Below, piece by piece: positions 1 to 11,168 of a DNA stretch of 64,000 nt (position 1 is the first letter of the stretch; every line of letters begins with the position of its first letter). This DNA is from a virus. Taxonomy: Duplodnaviria > Caudoviricetes. The DNA lies in the IMG/VR virus record IMGVR_UViG_3300011008_000016, positions 32,001 through 96,000 of that record; one strand, written 5' to 3'. The position numbers and the translations under genes are program-made. The notes under the pieces were generated by a model that saw nothing but the letters and a program-made list of their open reading frames with translations, was not told the DNA's origin and searched no databases.

Positions 1-37
1 GTAACTCTTCATGTATAATATATACTCTAAACACCTC

Positions 38-844
38 CTACTTTTTTCGAATCGTTCCTCTCTTTTTCTTGACAGTATTTACCGTATGAGCAGCTTTCTC
101 TATAGATGAATGTATCTTAGGTTGAGCCTTTTTCACATTAACGCCAGTTTCTTCATCCTTATCTACCCTCATAGTAGTCCGATGTTTTGGCATTGTTTTA
201 TGAATATTGGAAGACTTCTTTTTCTTCTTTAGCTTCTCTTCTGCCTTTCGATATTGGTCCATTATCTCGTCTAATGTACGGATATGGGATACTAAGTATT
301 TTTCATCATACGGCTTTGCTATCATTTCCAAAGTGACACGATTCATCTTCTTTGATTCTAGTATATACCTTGCTGCAAAGTAGATGTATTTGTCGTACAT
401 AATGTTTTGATTACGGTTCCGAACATCTGGGGAGGAAGAGATAATTTTCCTCCCCAGTTTGGATGTAAGTTTCGGAATCATTAATCCATTCTTGTTGAAT
501 ACATATGCAAAAGTATATGCGAATGAAGGTGTATTAGTGAATACCTGAAAATCATATTTGTAAATGGACAGATCTCGTCTGTGTTTCTTTTCTGGATCAT
601 GAAACTTAAAGACTACATCATAAGTATTGTCACGCTCTGTTTCTGTCGGCATGACCAACCAGAAGTAATACGTATCACTACCGGCATTTCTGTAGACTTT
701 CATTTCAATGATTTTATGTTTTCCTGTAGAACCATCTGTATAGCGGTCATACTTTGCAGATAAAGCTCCAAGGATAAGAGATTTGTTGGGAATGGATGCA
801 TCCCCTTTTCCAACGGGATTTTCAAGGAATTCAGCTAAATACAT
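38..844 (-). CDS. hypothetical protein with basic C-terminal tail
   Basis: 268-aa ORF directly downstream of the chaperonin; no recognised motif. Confidence 0.7.
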   Translation of the reverse strand: MYLAEFLENPVGKGDASIPNKSLILGALSAKYDRYTDGSTGKHKIIEMKVYRNAGSDTYYFWLVMPTETERDNTYDVVFKFHDPEKKHRRDLSIYKYDFQVFTNTPSFAYTFAYVFNKNGLMIPKLTSKLGRKIISSSPDVRNRNQNIMYDKYIYFAARYILESKKMNRVTLEMIAKPYDEKYLVSHIRTLDEIMDQYRKAEEKLKKKKKSSNIHKTMPKHRTTMRVDKDEETGVNVKKAQPKIHSSIEKAAHTVNTVKKKRGTIRKK

Positions 845-845
845 T

Positions 846-2711
846 TTATCCCTTCACCTCCCTCATACCTTCCAACTCCTCACCAGCATTATCATATGCT
901 GCAAAAAGGAACTGGTTTGTCGTTGTTGTTGTAAGTACCAGATTGAGTACACCTTTTATGACCTCAATATCGACCCGAACCGGATGAACGATAGTTTCAT
1001 CAAATTCATTTGTAATAAGGTTCCAAGGTGTGTTCCTTCTCTCTGCTTCATAAATGACGTTCTTGGATAATTCATTGTCCTTATAATCCGGACACTTATC
1101 ATCGCCGTACTTGTTGTAGAACATCGTTAAAGCTGTCTTAACAAAGCTTTCATAAATGATGACGAGGAAATTCTTTCTGAGACTATCTTTCTCCTCACTC
1201 ATCAAATCACCAACTGCTTTTATGATAGCAATTTCGCCACCCGGAACGACACCTTCAGCATATGCTTTCTCACATGCTTTAATAGCATCGTCAAGAGCAT
1301 CTCTCTTTGCTTTTAATTGGCTGTCCCCAAACCCACCGACATTAATTGTTGCCATCTTGAGTTTGAGTTTACCGAGACGAATCTTTTTCAAACCGATTTC
1401 GTCTGTAATCATGCTCTTAGCACTCATATCCTTCTCAGCCTTGGTGATTTCTGCCTGAATTGTGGACATACGTTCTTTGATTGCATCGGAATTTTCAATA
1501 TCGCCAAATCCTTTTGCAACCAACTGCTTATCATCAACAGTCAGTTCATCACATACGCCGAGAAAACGCTGCATGTGTTCAATGAGTTCATCTCCTGCAT
1601 TAATTAGGGACTGCTTGAACTCTGATACTGCATTTTGGAACTGGGTATCTGTCTCAAACTGCTCCCTTGTAGGAGAAGGCTGTTTTGTAATCCGCGTAAA
1701 CTCATCCATGATTTCTTCAATTTCGTCATTTCCCTTGGCATTGATAGCCGCTCCGGTGAGGAAACTGAAGTCGATGAGCATCTCACGTTCAATATTGTAT
1801 TCCGCAAAATATTTCACCATAACCATACTCGGTAATGGAGCCTTATGCTTTGCCTGATAAATACAATACTGATTATATTTATCCCTGAAGTTTTTATCAA
1901 AGTCAGGTGCCAGAATGAATAATTCTGTACCAAGCCTTTGGTTCAGGAAAGTTGAAGTTGTGAGAAGTCTTTCAAACAGCTCTGTTCCGACTGTATATGA
2001 GAAAATCAGAATAATCGGTCTGTTTGATGTATATTTCTTCTCACCAACGTGATTGACTTTGAACTCGCTAAGGAGTCGAGCCGACATATCATAGCCTTCG
2101 TTATATTCGACAAAGCTATGCTCTGTGCCGGAGTTCTGTACTTTGATAATCGGATTGCCTGTATTGACATATATGTCACGAATAAACCCGGCAAACTCTG
2201 TATCCCAGTCTAATGAAACTAGAGCAACATTGTAGATGTATTCTGCCAGATTTTCTTCCGTAATCTTTGTAGAATTCTCGATAAGTTTATCACAAATCTT
2301 CTCGATACAATATTCGAGATTCTTTGTGATGGTTTTCGCATGAATCTTATTCTCTTTCTTCCACGCCATTAAAGCTTCGTTAATAGCGTTTGCTGCAATG
2401 ACACCGGTGGTAGTACCGTCACCTGCCCTAAGGTTAATAGCCGTAGAGACATCCACAGCCATCTTCCGAATAACACTTGCCATTACGCTTTTCGGATAAA
2501 TGAGAGACTGTTCTACGGACCAACCGTCCTTTGTAATTAAAACTTTATTGTTTACCTGATACGCAGTATTTGCACCATATGGTCCATATGTTCGTGAGAC
2601 ATATTTCGCCATCTGAGAAAATACTGTACTGAAAAGTGTCTCCAATTCCTCTCCGTCGATGACGTTGGGGGTGAGATTGAGTGTAATCTTGTTATCAGAT
2701 TCCATCGACAT
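846..2711 (-). CDS. groEL: phage-encoded GroEL-like chaperonin
   Basis: TYGPYG, ITKDG, AGDGTTT ATP-binding motif, DDAIKA and GVVPGG; RBS AGGAGG. Confidence 0.92.
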   Translation of the reverse strand: MSMESDNKITLNLTPNVIDGEELETLFSTVFSQMAKYVSRTYGPYGANTAYQVNNKVLITKDGWSVEQSLIYPKSVMASVIRKMAVDVSTAINLRAGDGTTTGVIAANAINEALMAWKKENKIHAKTITKNLEYCIEKICDKLIENSTKITEENLAEYIYNVALVSLDWDTEFAGFIRDIYVNTGNPIIKVQNSGTEHSFVEYNEGYDMSARLLSEFKVNHVGEKKYTSNRPIILIFSYTVGTELFERLLTTSTFLNQRLGTELFILAPDFDKNFRDKYNQYCIYQAKHKAPLPSMVMVKYFAEYNIEREMLIDFSFLTGAAINAKGNDEIEEIMDEFTRITKQPSPTREQFETDTQFQNAVSEFKQSLINAGDELIEHMQRFLGVCDELTVDDKQLVAKGFGDIENSDAIKERMSTIQAEITKAEKDMSAKSMITDEIGLKKIRLGKLKLKMATINVGGFGDSQLKAKRDALDDAIKACEKAYAEGVVPGGEIAIIKAVGDLMSEEKDSLRKNFLVIIYESFVKTALTMFYNKYGDDKCPDYKDNELSKNVIYEAERRNTPWNLITNEFDETIVHPVRVDIEVIKGVLNLVLTTTTTNQFLFAAYDNAGEELEGMREVKG

Positions 2712-2763
2712 AACCTCCTTTGTTTTTAATTATTTCATTGTTACATAACATATTGTATTTCAG

Positions 2764-3531
2764 CTAAATGGGTGTAGCTATTGTATTGATAGAAAGATTG
2801 AAATTATCACGGTACCACTTTTCTTCATGGTCTAATTTCAGTCTTGTAATAGTAACTTGCTCTATTAACTTTTCTATGTTTGATCTATCTTCTATCAGAT
2901 TAAATTCATATGCTGGGATAATCACTTCTGTTAATCCTGCATATTTTACTGAGAGATATTTATCTATATCTCGTGCGTCTTCCAATACATAAGAATCTGC
3001 GATGAATTCTTTTGCTTTCTTTTCTTTTTGCCCTACGAATACAGATAATTTATCTAAGCTGTATCCATTAAAAGCATCTCTGATACTTTCATATATGATA
3101 TCTGAATCATATGGCATATATAGAGTTACTCTGGATGTATTATTGTCATTACATAATATCCGTAAGTTGTTTCCAAATCCGGTTAATTGTACGTATTCAT
3201 CACAGGTTGGATTCTGTAACATATCCTTTACTAAATTCTCTACGTATATAACCAGCATGTTTGGGTCATTCATTTCACAGAATTTTTCTTTGTTAATCCA
3301 GTCCAATAAGACATTCTTATTTATTTTATTGGATAATACTCGTACAATACCTCTATCGTTTTTTGGAATTGGTTCTATATCTGGAATATTATCGGAAAAG
3401 AAATATTGAAGACATGCATCTGTTTCCATTCGTTTTTTCATTTCATGATATAGAAATAAATCTACGTAGAGCATTACATTGAATACATCTACAAAAAAAG
3501 TAGACCGTTTGTATAATACACTTTTACGCAT
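2764..3531 (-). CDS. hypothetical protein
   Basis: 255-aa ORF with RBS AAGGAG. Confidence 0.7.
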   Translation of the reverse strand: MRKSVLYKRSTFFVDVFNVMLYVDLFLYHEMKKRMETDACLQYFFSDNIPDIEPIPKNDRGIVRVLSNKINKNVLLDWINKEKFCEMNDPNMLVIYVENLVKDMLQNPTCDEYVQLTGFGNNLRILCNDNNTSRVTLYMPYDSDIIYESIRDAFNGYSLDKLSVFVGQKEKKAKEFIADSYVLEDARDIDKYLSVKYAGLTEVIIPAYEFNLIEDRSNIEKLIEQVTITRLKLDHEEKWYRDNFNLSINTIATPI

Positions 3532-3596
3532 ACATAGTCAACTCCTTTCAGTAAAACGGGTGGTTCTCATATTGTCTATGGAACCACCCTTAAATC

Positions 3597-4013
3597 TCAT
3601 CCATACATAAATACCTTTCGGTCTTTTTGTATGCCATTGTACTGTAAGACTCCCACATGGAATCCTGTAACTGTATCCATTGGTTTTCCAAATACATCAT
3701 AAGAAGAAAACCTGTATACAATAGCCATAGCTTTGTCATTACTGCGGATTGGCGGTATGAATCCTTTTATTCCAAACATCTCCATTCTATCATTGAACTT
3801 TAACATATCATCCCAATAATAGACATCGACATCGCTGAGAAGATAAATGGACCAAGAATTCTCCAGATGAACACTTTTCCGCAGAATAGCATCTCCAACC
3901 TTCTCCTGGAAAAATTCAGAATCTTCCTTTATCAGCAGTTGAAGCTCTTTATCGAGTGTTTTGATAAAGTCATTCACCGCTCCTATTGCTTTCATAGTAT
4001 CACCTCTTTTCAT
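3597..4013 (-). CDS. hypothetical protein
   Basis: ORF overlapping the upstream gene (ATGA); the true start may be the second Met. Confidence 0.6.
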   Translation of the reverse strand: MKRGDTMKAIGAVNDFIKTLDKELQLLIKEDSEFFQEKVGDAILRKSVHLENSWSIYLLSDVDVYYWDDMLKFNDRMEMFGIKGFIPPIRSNDKAMAIVYRFSSYDVFGKPMDTVTGFHVGVLQYNGIQKDRKVFMYG

Positions 4014-4339
4014 TCTAACTCAAGTTGTTTCTTAGTAATTAGTGTACCATCCTTATTATACATTGGCGTGATAGTTGCACCATATTCTGATTCGTATAGA
4101 AGATACACGACACCGGAAATATCATCAGTTATATAACGAAAATTAGCTTCGTATATAAAATCTTTTCCACCGAGAGTATCATAGATTGTAATATTTGGAG
4201 TTGTATGGGTAAATGACTTTGATATAGTGGTTATTTCAACTAAACCACTGTTTCCTCCACCAACTGACATTTGATACATCCCTAATACACCCATTGCTAT
4301 AAAAATACAGACTGCAATTATTTTCGAGCCCCTTTTCAT
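4010..4339 (-). CDS. small membrane-anchored or secreted protein
   Basis: N-terminal basic residues plus hydrophobic stretch IIAVCIFIAMGVLG; RBS AGGAGG. Confidence 0.65.
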   Translation of the reverse strand: MKRGSKIIAVCIFIAMGVLGMYQMSVGGGNSGLVEITTISKSFTHTTPNITIYDTLGGKDFIYEANFRYITDDISGVVYLLYESEYGATITPMYNKDGTLITKKQLELE

Positions 4340-4412
4340 TTTGTATCCTCCTTAAATTAAATGGAGAACAGAGGACATCATTGTCCCCTATTCTCCTCTC
4401 GTAATGTGTCTA

Positions 4413-5210
4413 TTACGCCTGCTCTCCTTCGAATTCGACATTCAAATCATCCAGTGATGAAATCTGTTCCACTGGTGCATTCATCGAATTACTGTCGAAC
4501 AGGGACTGTTGCCCATATCTGGCTCCGCCTCGCTGAGATGCATATCCTGTACTCATTTCTGCACCGACTTTATTGCCGATAGACCGGATGTCTGATACAA
4601 CCATATCCTTGTAGGTCTTGTCAACCACACGATTTGCATGATTCCATGCCTTCGAAGATCCTGCAATGAAGTTTTTCAAATCTTCGATAAACAACAGGAA
4701 CTCATTATCGGTGATATTACGCCCACCAAACTTCCCGCTTTCGTGATTGTAATCGACAATCAGTTCGCCTTTCCGGAACTCATACTCGATTGCCTCTTTG
4801 CTGGTGAGACTTGACGCATCAATGTTCTTGATAAGCTCAGCGTATCCACACATCTCGTCTTTATCGTTCTTCCGCACGCCGATTCCAAACTGATTTACAT
4901 CAGCGACCGGTACAGAGATAAACTTCTCCTGACCTTCCTTCATTGCTGGAAATACGATTTCCTTAAAGCCATTCCAAAGATCGACACACTTCACCCGGCT
5001 GATACATGTAATCCAGCTATGTTGATAATCGTACCGCCTCTTCTCAGTCTGTTCTGCTTCAGGAAGTTCCGGTGAGATAATAATCTTGAGCATATCTCCC
5101 TGAAATGACCATTCAAAAGCTGCCGGATGTCTCTGCATTCCATTTGTTGTGCGGAAGCATCGGGTCTGTACATCCCTCTGTTCATTTCCGTTATTTTCTC
5201 CATATGCCAT
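4413..5210 (-). CDS. hypothetical protein, possible single-stranded DNA-binding protein
   Basis: follows DNA polymerase; Gly/Gln-rich linker and acidic C-terminal tail (SSLDDLNVEFEGEQA); function is inference. Confidence 0.45.
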   Translation of the reverse strand: MAYGENNGNEQRDVQTRCFRTTNGMQRHPAAFEWSFQGDMLKIIISPELPEAEQTEKRRYDYQHSWITCISRVKCVDLWNGFKEIVFPAMKEGQEKFISVPVADVNQFGIGVRKNDKDEMCGYAELIKNIDASSLTSKEAIEYEFRKGELIVDYNHESGKFGGRNITDNEFLLFIEDLKNFIAGSSKAWNHANRVVDKTYKDMVVSDIRSIGNKVGAEMSTGYASQRGGARYGQQSLFDSNSMNAPVEQISSLDDLNVEFEGEQA

Positions 5211-5278
5211 TTTACTATTCCTCCTTTATTAACTATTGACTTAGAATTTTTCTAAGATGTTACCTGTGATTTATAATA

Positions 5279-7252
5279 TTATACGTTGAGTATGTTAGAA
5301 GCATACTCATTATCGCCCGTACTAATAGTGATAAATGATAATGATTTTACTACAGGATAAAATGTTCCAATATTCCTTGTTACGATTCGCTCTTCATCCA
5401 GTACAGGATAAACCCATTCTGGAATCTTTGTATTGTCATTTGGTAACGCAAGATATTTACATCCGTTTTTCTCAAATTGAGGAATTCCACCATGGAATAT
5501 ATTTTTCCTTATGATATCCGCCTCTTTTGGGAATTTTGGAGCAAGCTTCTCGTCCAATATCTTTTCACTTGTAAGGTTAAGGAAAACCACATCACATTTA
5601 TCTGGCACCATAATAACATTATCTGGATTGATAAGATTCCAGAGGATTGGTCCAGTAAACGCTCCTTGTGAATACGGGTCTGCATAAGATTTTTCCACCT
5701 TACAGTTCATTCGAAGTAGATACGTCCGTTCTCTGTTATGGATAGATTCTCTTATTTCCCTTTCAAGAGCTGCCACATCTCGCATTAGTCCTACGACATT
5801 GATTAATGGGTCATTAATGATATCTTTTTTAATAATTCCCATTAATTTATCTTCGATATCCTTATTTACCCCAGCCTTTTTGAAGTCATGACCCTTCAAT
5901 TCAATCTTGCTAATTTGCTTTCCTTCCCTAAGTTTGATATGAGCAATATATCGTTTCTTTGCATTAGCAAGTAATACTTTAGAGAAATAAAATTCATTCT
6001 TTGTATTGAGTCGCTGATGGAACCTCGGAAGGACATTACAATCATCTGCATATCTATCCAATAACTCTCTTGCCATTCTGGTTACCAGATAAGCCAATGT
6101 ATTAACACTACAGAATTGCTTATCTTCCTCCCCCATAGATGTATGAGATTGTTCCCAGATATTATCCTTTGTCCAGTCTACCCAAGGTTTAATATTGATA
6201 ACGTTACTATCTGTATCAATCAGAATAACCCTTGACCTTGGATCATGTTTCAACCTATCAATCTGCTCAGTATAAGCATGATTATAGAATACAAATTCCC
6301 GACAATAATCCCAAATAAACTCTAAGTCTTCTTTGATATTTTCTGGTTGTTTATTTGGGTTACGGAAACTCTCAGTAACATTGAAAATTCTCTTGAGACG
6401 ACTACTAATCATATCGTTCTCAACAAACCCGAATAAATTGTTATTGTAGTAGAGTCTCGTTAAATCTTCTACGGAACAATTCCGAAGGATATTCCTAATA
6501 GGTCCATCGTATTCATTTTTCCATTCCCAGAAATTATTTTTCCATACAGCATAAACCATTTCTGGGTCTTGGATATAACGAAGACCATCAATTTTTAAAT
6601 TATGCGGATCTTTCCTGAGAACATTTCCAACCATTGTAAATAGTTCTCCAAGAGATTTGAATTTAACTGCGTTATTTAAGAAGGCTTCAAACGCCATTGC
6701 AGTTGTAGATATAAGCGATTGTGCTGTACCAGTTGTACTTGATGCTGTATAAATGTTATATAACTGGAAAGTTTTCGCCCCAAATGAACCATATATGGCG
6801 TTAATCTTAACCTTGGCTTCCATCTGCATCATTTCATAATATTGATATTCATAGGAATCCGTCTCACCATTTGGTCCAAGATAAGTATCTCGAATTTTTT
6901 GATACTGTTTACGAGCTGCAATACGGCCATCAATAACATTTTGTATTGGAGAGGACTTTACATCATGATTGTAGAAGAAAGTGCCGTGTCCCGCAGCAAT
7001 TGGTCTATTTTTATAATACCAATCGTATAACTTTAATAAGGTTGCCTGAACCTTCATATCATCTTGATAATCGTTATGCAAATATGCTTCATGATCTTCA
7101 ATATGTTCAGATGCTATATCATATAAGACTTTTCGTAGTATATTTTCATCTGCGTTCGGATATTGTAGCTTAAAGTAGACGACATTATCATCCACCCAAT
7201 CCTTTATAAATTTAGAACGCATTAGTATTTCGTTACTAATCATTCTATACAC
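5279..7252 (-). CDS. B-family DNA polymerase, C-terminal part (motifs B and C)
   Basis: KVKINAIYG (motif B), IDTDS (motif C), KKRY, LKG; no exonuclease domain or motif A. Confidence 0.88.
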   Translation of the reverse strand: MYRMISNEILMRSKFIKDWVDDNVVYFKLQYPNADENILRKVLYDIASEHIEDHEAYLHNDYQDDMKVQATLLKLYDWYYKNRPIAAGHGTFFYNHDVKSSPIQNVIDGRIAARKQYQKIRDTYLGPNGETDSYEYQYYEMMQMEAKVKINAIYGSFGAKTFQLYNIYTASSTTGTAQSLISTTAMAFEAFLNNAVKFKSLGELFTMVGNVLRKDPHNLKIDGLRYIQDPEMVYAVWKNNFWEWKNEYDGPIRNILRNCSVEDLTRLYYNNNLFGFVENDMISSRLKRIFNVTESFRNPNKQPENIKEDLEFIWDYCREFVFYNHAYTEQIDRLKHDPRSRVILIDTDSNVINIKPWVDWTKDNIWEQSHTSMGEEDKQFCSVNTLAYLVTRMARELLDRYADDCNVLPRFHQRLNTKNEFYFSKVLLANAKKRYIAHIKLREGKQISKIELKGHDFKKAGVNKDIEDKLMGIIKKDIINDPLINVVGLMRDVAALEREIRESIHNRERTYLLRMNCKVEKSYADPYSQGAFTGPILWNLINPDNVIMVPDKCDVVFLNLTSEKILDEKLAPKFPKEADIIRKNIFHGGIPQFEKNGCKYLALPNDNTKIPEWVYPVLDEERIVTRNIGTFYPVVKSLSFITISTGDNEYASNILNV

Positions 7253-7426
7253 CTCCTAACTTTTCAAAGTTTAGATATTTGTCAACTACGGTATAAATAG
7301 CTACCACACCGTTGTACAATACATCTTAAACTCAATCATTTAATATAGTTGCAAGGTGTAAGTTGAACCATTACGATTTCTACGGCTCAACAAAACAATA
7401 ATGACTAAGATAAGGAGGTAAAAGAT

Positions 7427-8020
7427 ATGGCTTCTTACGAAAACATCGAAGAAGAAGAATCCGAAGAGCTTTTAGGCACACCCCTTAGGTCATCCGGAGC
7501 ACTACCTGTTATGAACATGCCTGTTGCCGTTGTTGGTGAGAACACATATCCTGTCGTTTTAGCCAATCTCGTTAAGGGAACAATGCCTGTTCAAAGAGGC
7601 GGCACCGGACTTAACGATCTTGACGGCGGGAAGTTAATTGCTTCAAGTGAAAATGGTATAATGCTGGAGGAGATCGATGTCCCTGTAAGTCATTTTGCAG
7701 GTCTCAGTGCGAATATTGAAGAGAGACTGAAAAAAGTTCGGTCTTACAATGTCGCCATACCAACAACTGGTTGGTCAGTTGCAAGTGGTGCTGGTGATGG
7801 TTTTCAACAAACAATATCCGTACCTGGGATGACATCATCGGACAATCCTGTTGTCGGGCTAAATTCTGCTGCGACAACAACTTCTGCTTTGGAAGCGGAA
7901 CGGCGGGCATACGATTGTATTGATCGTATTGACACAGGCAATGATAGTATTACAGTTTATTGCTTTAAAACTGCTCCGACTACATCATTTTCAATTAGGA
8001 TTCAATGTAATGGTTCGTGA
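7427..8020 (+). CDS. putative virion / tail-fibre-associated protein
   Basis: GTMPVQRGGTG motif typical of fibre proteins; preceded by AACA-N6-TAA at 7389. Confidence 0.5.
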   Translation: MASYENIEEEESEELLGTPLRSSGALPVMNMPVAVVGENTYPVVLANLVKGTMPVQRGGTGLNDLDGGKLIASSENGIMLEEIDVPVSHFAGLSANIEERLKKVRSYNVAIPTTGWSVASGAGDGFQQTISVPGMTSSDNPVVGLNSAATTTSALEAERRAYDCIDRIDTGNDSITVYCFKTAPTTSFSIRIQCNGS

Positions 8021-8079
8021 ACCATTTTTCAGTGACAAGAAGAATATTCTAAACCCATTAATGGAAGGAGGACACCAAA

Positions 8080-8649
8080 ATGTCTAACCTTAGTACATTG
8101 ATGCAGAGTGGTAATGTTCAGCTTGCGGAGAATGTTGAATATGTTAGCATGACCGAGAGTGACATGGCTAATCTGCTTGCAATCGCCATACAGGAAGCGA
8201 TTCTGGAAGGCGTATCCGAAGAGGTTTGCGACCCTGAAGAGGATAAGTCCGTAACAGAAGGAACGTTGCCTGAGGATATGGCTGTTTTGGAGACGTCTAT
8301 TGTACGTCTCGATAAGGCGGCTAAGAAACAGCGTGCATATAAACTCGCTATTCTTCAGACTGCAAAAGAAGCTGAGAGTAAAGATTACAAGAAGCTGGAG
8401 ACTCTGTGGCGTATGGAAAAGTACCTGTTCCGCAGACTTGAGAAGAAGTATCAGTCTAAGGCAAGGTCTCGTATGCATCAGACGGCAAAGAAGGCTTCTG
8501 GTAACAACGGCATTGTGCAGCGGGCGAAGTCGGTATTGACTCGTTCTCAGAAGGAGACTAAGAAGGCTCTTGCTGGGGATATTAAGCCCCCGTCACAGGT
8601 AAAGAGTCAGTTTAAGACCATCACTCAGAAACTGAGTTCTAAGGTTTAA
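8080..8649 (+). CDS. putative internal head protein (acidic N-part, basic C-part)
   Basis: many hydrophobic-x-E-(S/A/G/N) sites in the N-terminal half; Lys/Arg-rich C-terminal half. Confidence 0.5.
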   Translation: MSNLSTLMQSGNVQLAENVEYVSMTESDMANLLAIAIQEAILEGVSEEVCDPEEDKSVTEGTLPEDMAVLETSIVRLDKAAKKQRAYKLAILQTAKEAESKDYKKLETLWRMEKYLFRRLEKKYQSKARSRMHQTAKKASGNNGIVQRAKSVLTRSQKETKKALAGDIKPPSQVKSQFKTITQKLSSKV

Positions 8650-8849
8650 CTGACTATCCGGTTATTTAATTACAAAAGGTTTATACAGATAGATGCACTG
8701 AACAATTAGGAGTGGATGTCAAGGTTCATAGAAACTTTGGCATCCATTCTTTTATTGATATATTAAAGAATCGTGAGGAAAGGAGGATTTGAAATGTAAC
8801 AACAACGGTCACATTTTTATATAATACATGAAAAGGAGGATATTCGCTT

Positions 8850-11153
8850 ATGATTTTAGCAGAAGGCATCACAGTTGATGACGATGGGTTTGATCCCAGC
8901 AAAATCGAAGAGGGTCCTACCGAGAAAGCAAAGGAGATAATGGCAATGCTCAAAGATAGTATCTTTGTCATTGACGATATTATCAACAAAGGAAAGGAAC
9001 TCGGTGAGGAGAGACACGATCCTGATTATTATATGGAATATTATCAGGATTTTTACATGAAGATGGTTGTTATGGAGCTCCATGGATTTGAGCATAAAGA
9101 GTTCAGAGAGTTTCCAGTGTATTTTAAGTTTCATAATGACCCAGGTGAACCATTGAAACATTTGGAGTTTCGGTATTTTGTTCTGAATCTGGCATTTTGG
9201 TATCCACTTGTAACCGCTGATCCATCCAAACTCAGTGATGAGCATATTGTCACGCGGGATATGGGTTATCATATGAATGCAAAGTTCATTGCCGATTATA
9301 TGAATAAGTATTATGCGAAACCCTATGCAAGAAAGATTGATTATCGGAGAAGGAGTGAAACATTTGCCGATGTCAATTTCTTATTAAATAAGATTCCGTT
9401 GAAGTTCAATCAGTTTATTGGACTTTCAATTAATATAGAAGAACTTCGAGATATGGCAAAGAGAATGCCGGGATTCAAAGAAGGTCTCTATGTAAAATTA
9501 GACGAGACGAAGCAGCCAGCCGAGCAGGAAGCTCAGAAGAAAGCATATGATAAAGCTCAGATTGATAGAACTGAGCATGATGAAGTTCTTACGACTTATC
9601 GGGCTATGGTCGGAAGTCATTCTGCAAAGGTGGCTCAGTTATCTGAGTTTGTTTCTATCATTGGTGGGAAACCAGACGAAAATGGTAAGACTATTGCGAC
9701 ACCAATTAACAATAATTATGTTACAGGAAATCTTGGTTCCATTCCGAAATATTATATCAATAATATATCTGGACGAAAGGCAGCAGTAACAAACCATGAA
9801 TTTATGGGACCGGGTGGTTATGTATTGATTCTTGTAGCACTTCTTAGTGCTCAGGTAAAACTCAGTAAAACCGTGACAGATTGTCATAGTGCAAACCCTA
9901 TTCCAATCCTTATTCAGTCCGATGACCATCTATATCATTTGGATGGAAGACGTTATCGTTTTAATCAATCGGATTCGTATAAAATCATTGACTATGATAC
10001 GGATAAAGATTTGATTGGACAATGGGTTTGGTTGCGTTCTCCAGTTACTTGTTGTGCACCAGACGGCGTATGTAAAGAATGTTATGGAGAACTTTATCAC
10101 ACGAATAAGGATTTGTATTCTGCGGGTTGTTACGCAGCCTTTACAGAATTTAACCCTATCGTTCAGGGATTGTTGTCAGCAAAACATTTCCAAGGGACTT
10201 CATCTAAGATGATTAACTTTGGACCAGAATTTGACAAATATCTCATTATTGCCACGACCGATATCATGTTAAATCCGAATCTTGAAGATATGGAACTTTA
10301 TTCAATCGTTATCTTAATGGATGACTTAGAGTCATCTGATTATGCGAGTGACGATGATGATATTGAGAAGAATAAGAAGTTTGGTGGTAATAACAAGAAA
10401 AAGAAGAAGCGGAACAATGATGAAGACTTTGATGATTTTGACGGCGAATTTGGTAGTTCTTCCGATGATGAGGGGGAATATCGGTTGAATTATTATGTGC
10501 CAAAGTTTTATGTCGTCAAGAATCTTCACAGTAAGAAGAAAGAATATGTTGAGATTACGGAGTTTATTGACCCGAATACAAAAGAACTTTATATGCATGA
10601 AGACTTCTTGAAGAGAATGTCTGAAGGTGCATTGGATTTGTTTGACGGTCGACAGTATCTGTATCTTGATTTTGGTGATATATCGTTTGAAGAATTCATC
10701 TTTATGGTGGATGTGAAAAATAATGAGTTGACGGCTCCAATGAAGAAGATTCAGGCATTGATTCATAATCAGAATCATGCAGGTGCAACAACTTATGAAG
10801 AGATGGTTCAGATGATGCTCGATCTCACGATTGAATCAAAGATTGATGCGGCATCCGTACACGGTGAAATGATTATACGTCAATTAGTTAGAAGACCTAT
10901 GAATCAGCAGCTTCGTCCTGATTTCTCAAGGATTGTAATGCCTGAGGATTATGTACTTCTATCGGTTCTTGTTGCGTTAAAGCAAAATCCATCATTCACT
11001 GTATCTATGTCGGCATCTTATTTGAAATATCAGTTGGTTCAGCTTACGAGCACATTTGACAAATACGAATCATCTGATTTTGACTGGTGGTATCGCCGGA
11101 ACATTGAATTGGATGAGAACATGATTTATTACAGCGAGGAAAGTGAAGAATAA
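8850..11153 (+). CDS. phage multisubunit RNA polymerase beta'-like subunit (C-terminal part), probably non-virion RNAP
   Basis: LRSPVTC..DGVCKECYG zinc site, QGLLSAKH trigger-loop-like segment, VHGEMIIRQLVR; TATATTAA at 8759. Confidence 0.85.
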   Translation: MILAEGITVDDDGFDPSKIEEGPTEKAKEIMAMLKDSIFVIDDIINKGKELGEERHDPDYYMEYYQDFYMKMVVMELHGFEHKEFREFPVYFKFHNDPGEPLKHLEFRYFVLNLAFWYPLVTADPSKLSDEHIVTRDMGYHMNAKFIADYMNKYYAKPYARKIDYRRRSETFADVNFLLNKIPLKFNQFIGLSINIEELRDMAKRMPGFKEGLYVKLDETKQPAEQEAQKKAYDKAQIDRTEHDEVLTTYRAMVGSHSAKVAQLSEFVSIIGGKPDENGKTIATPINNNYVTGNLGSIPKYYINNISGRKAAVTNHEFMGPGGYVLILVALLSAQVKLSKTVTDCHSANPIPILIQSDDHLYHLDGRRYRFNQSDSYKIIDYDTDKDLIGQWVWLRSPVTCCAPDGVCKECYGELYHTNKDLYSAGCYAAFTEFNPIVQGLLSAKHFQGTSSKMINFGPEFDKYLIIATTDIMLNPNLEDMELYSIVILMDDLESSDYASDDDDIEKNKKFGGNNKKKKKRNNDEDFDDFDGEFGSSSDDEGEYRLNYYVPKFYVVKNLHSKKKEYVEITEFIDPNTKELYMHEDFLKRMSEGALDLFDGRQYLYLDFGDISFEEFIFMVDVKNNELTAPMKKIQALIHNQNHAGATTYEEMVQMMLDLTIESKIDAASVHGEMIIRQLVRRPMNQQLRPDFSRIVMPEDYVLLSVLVALKQNPSFTVSMSASYLKYQLVQLTSTFDKYESSDFDWWYRRNIELDENMIYYSEESEE

Positions 11154-11168
11154 GGAGGTTTAAAGACA

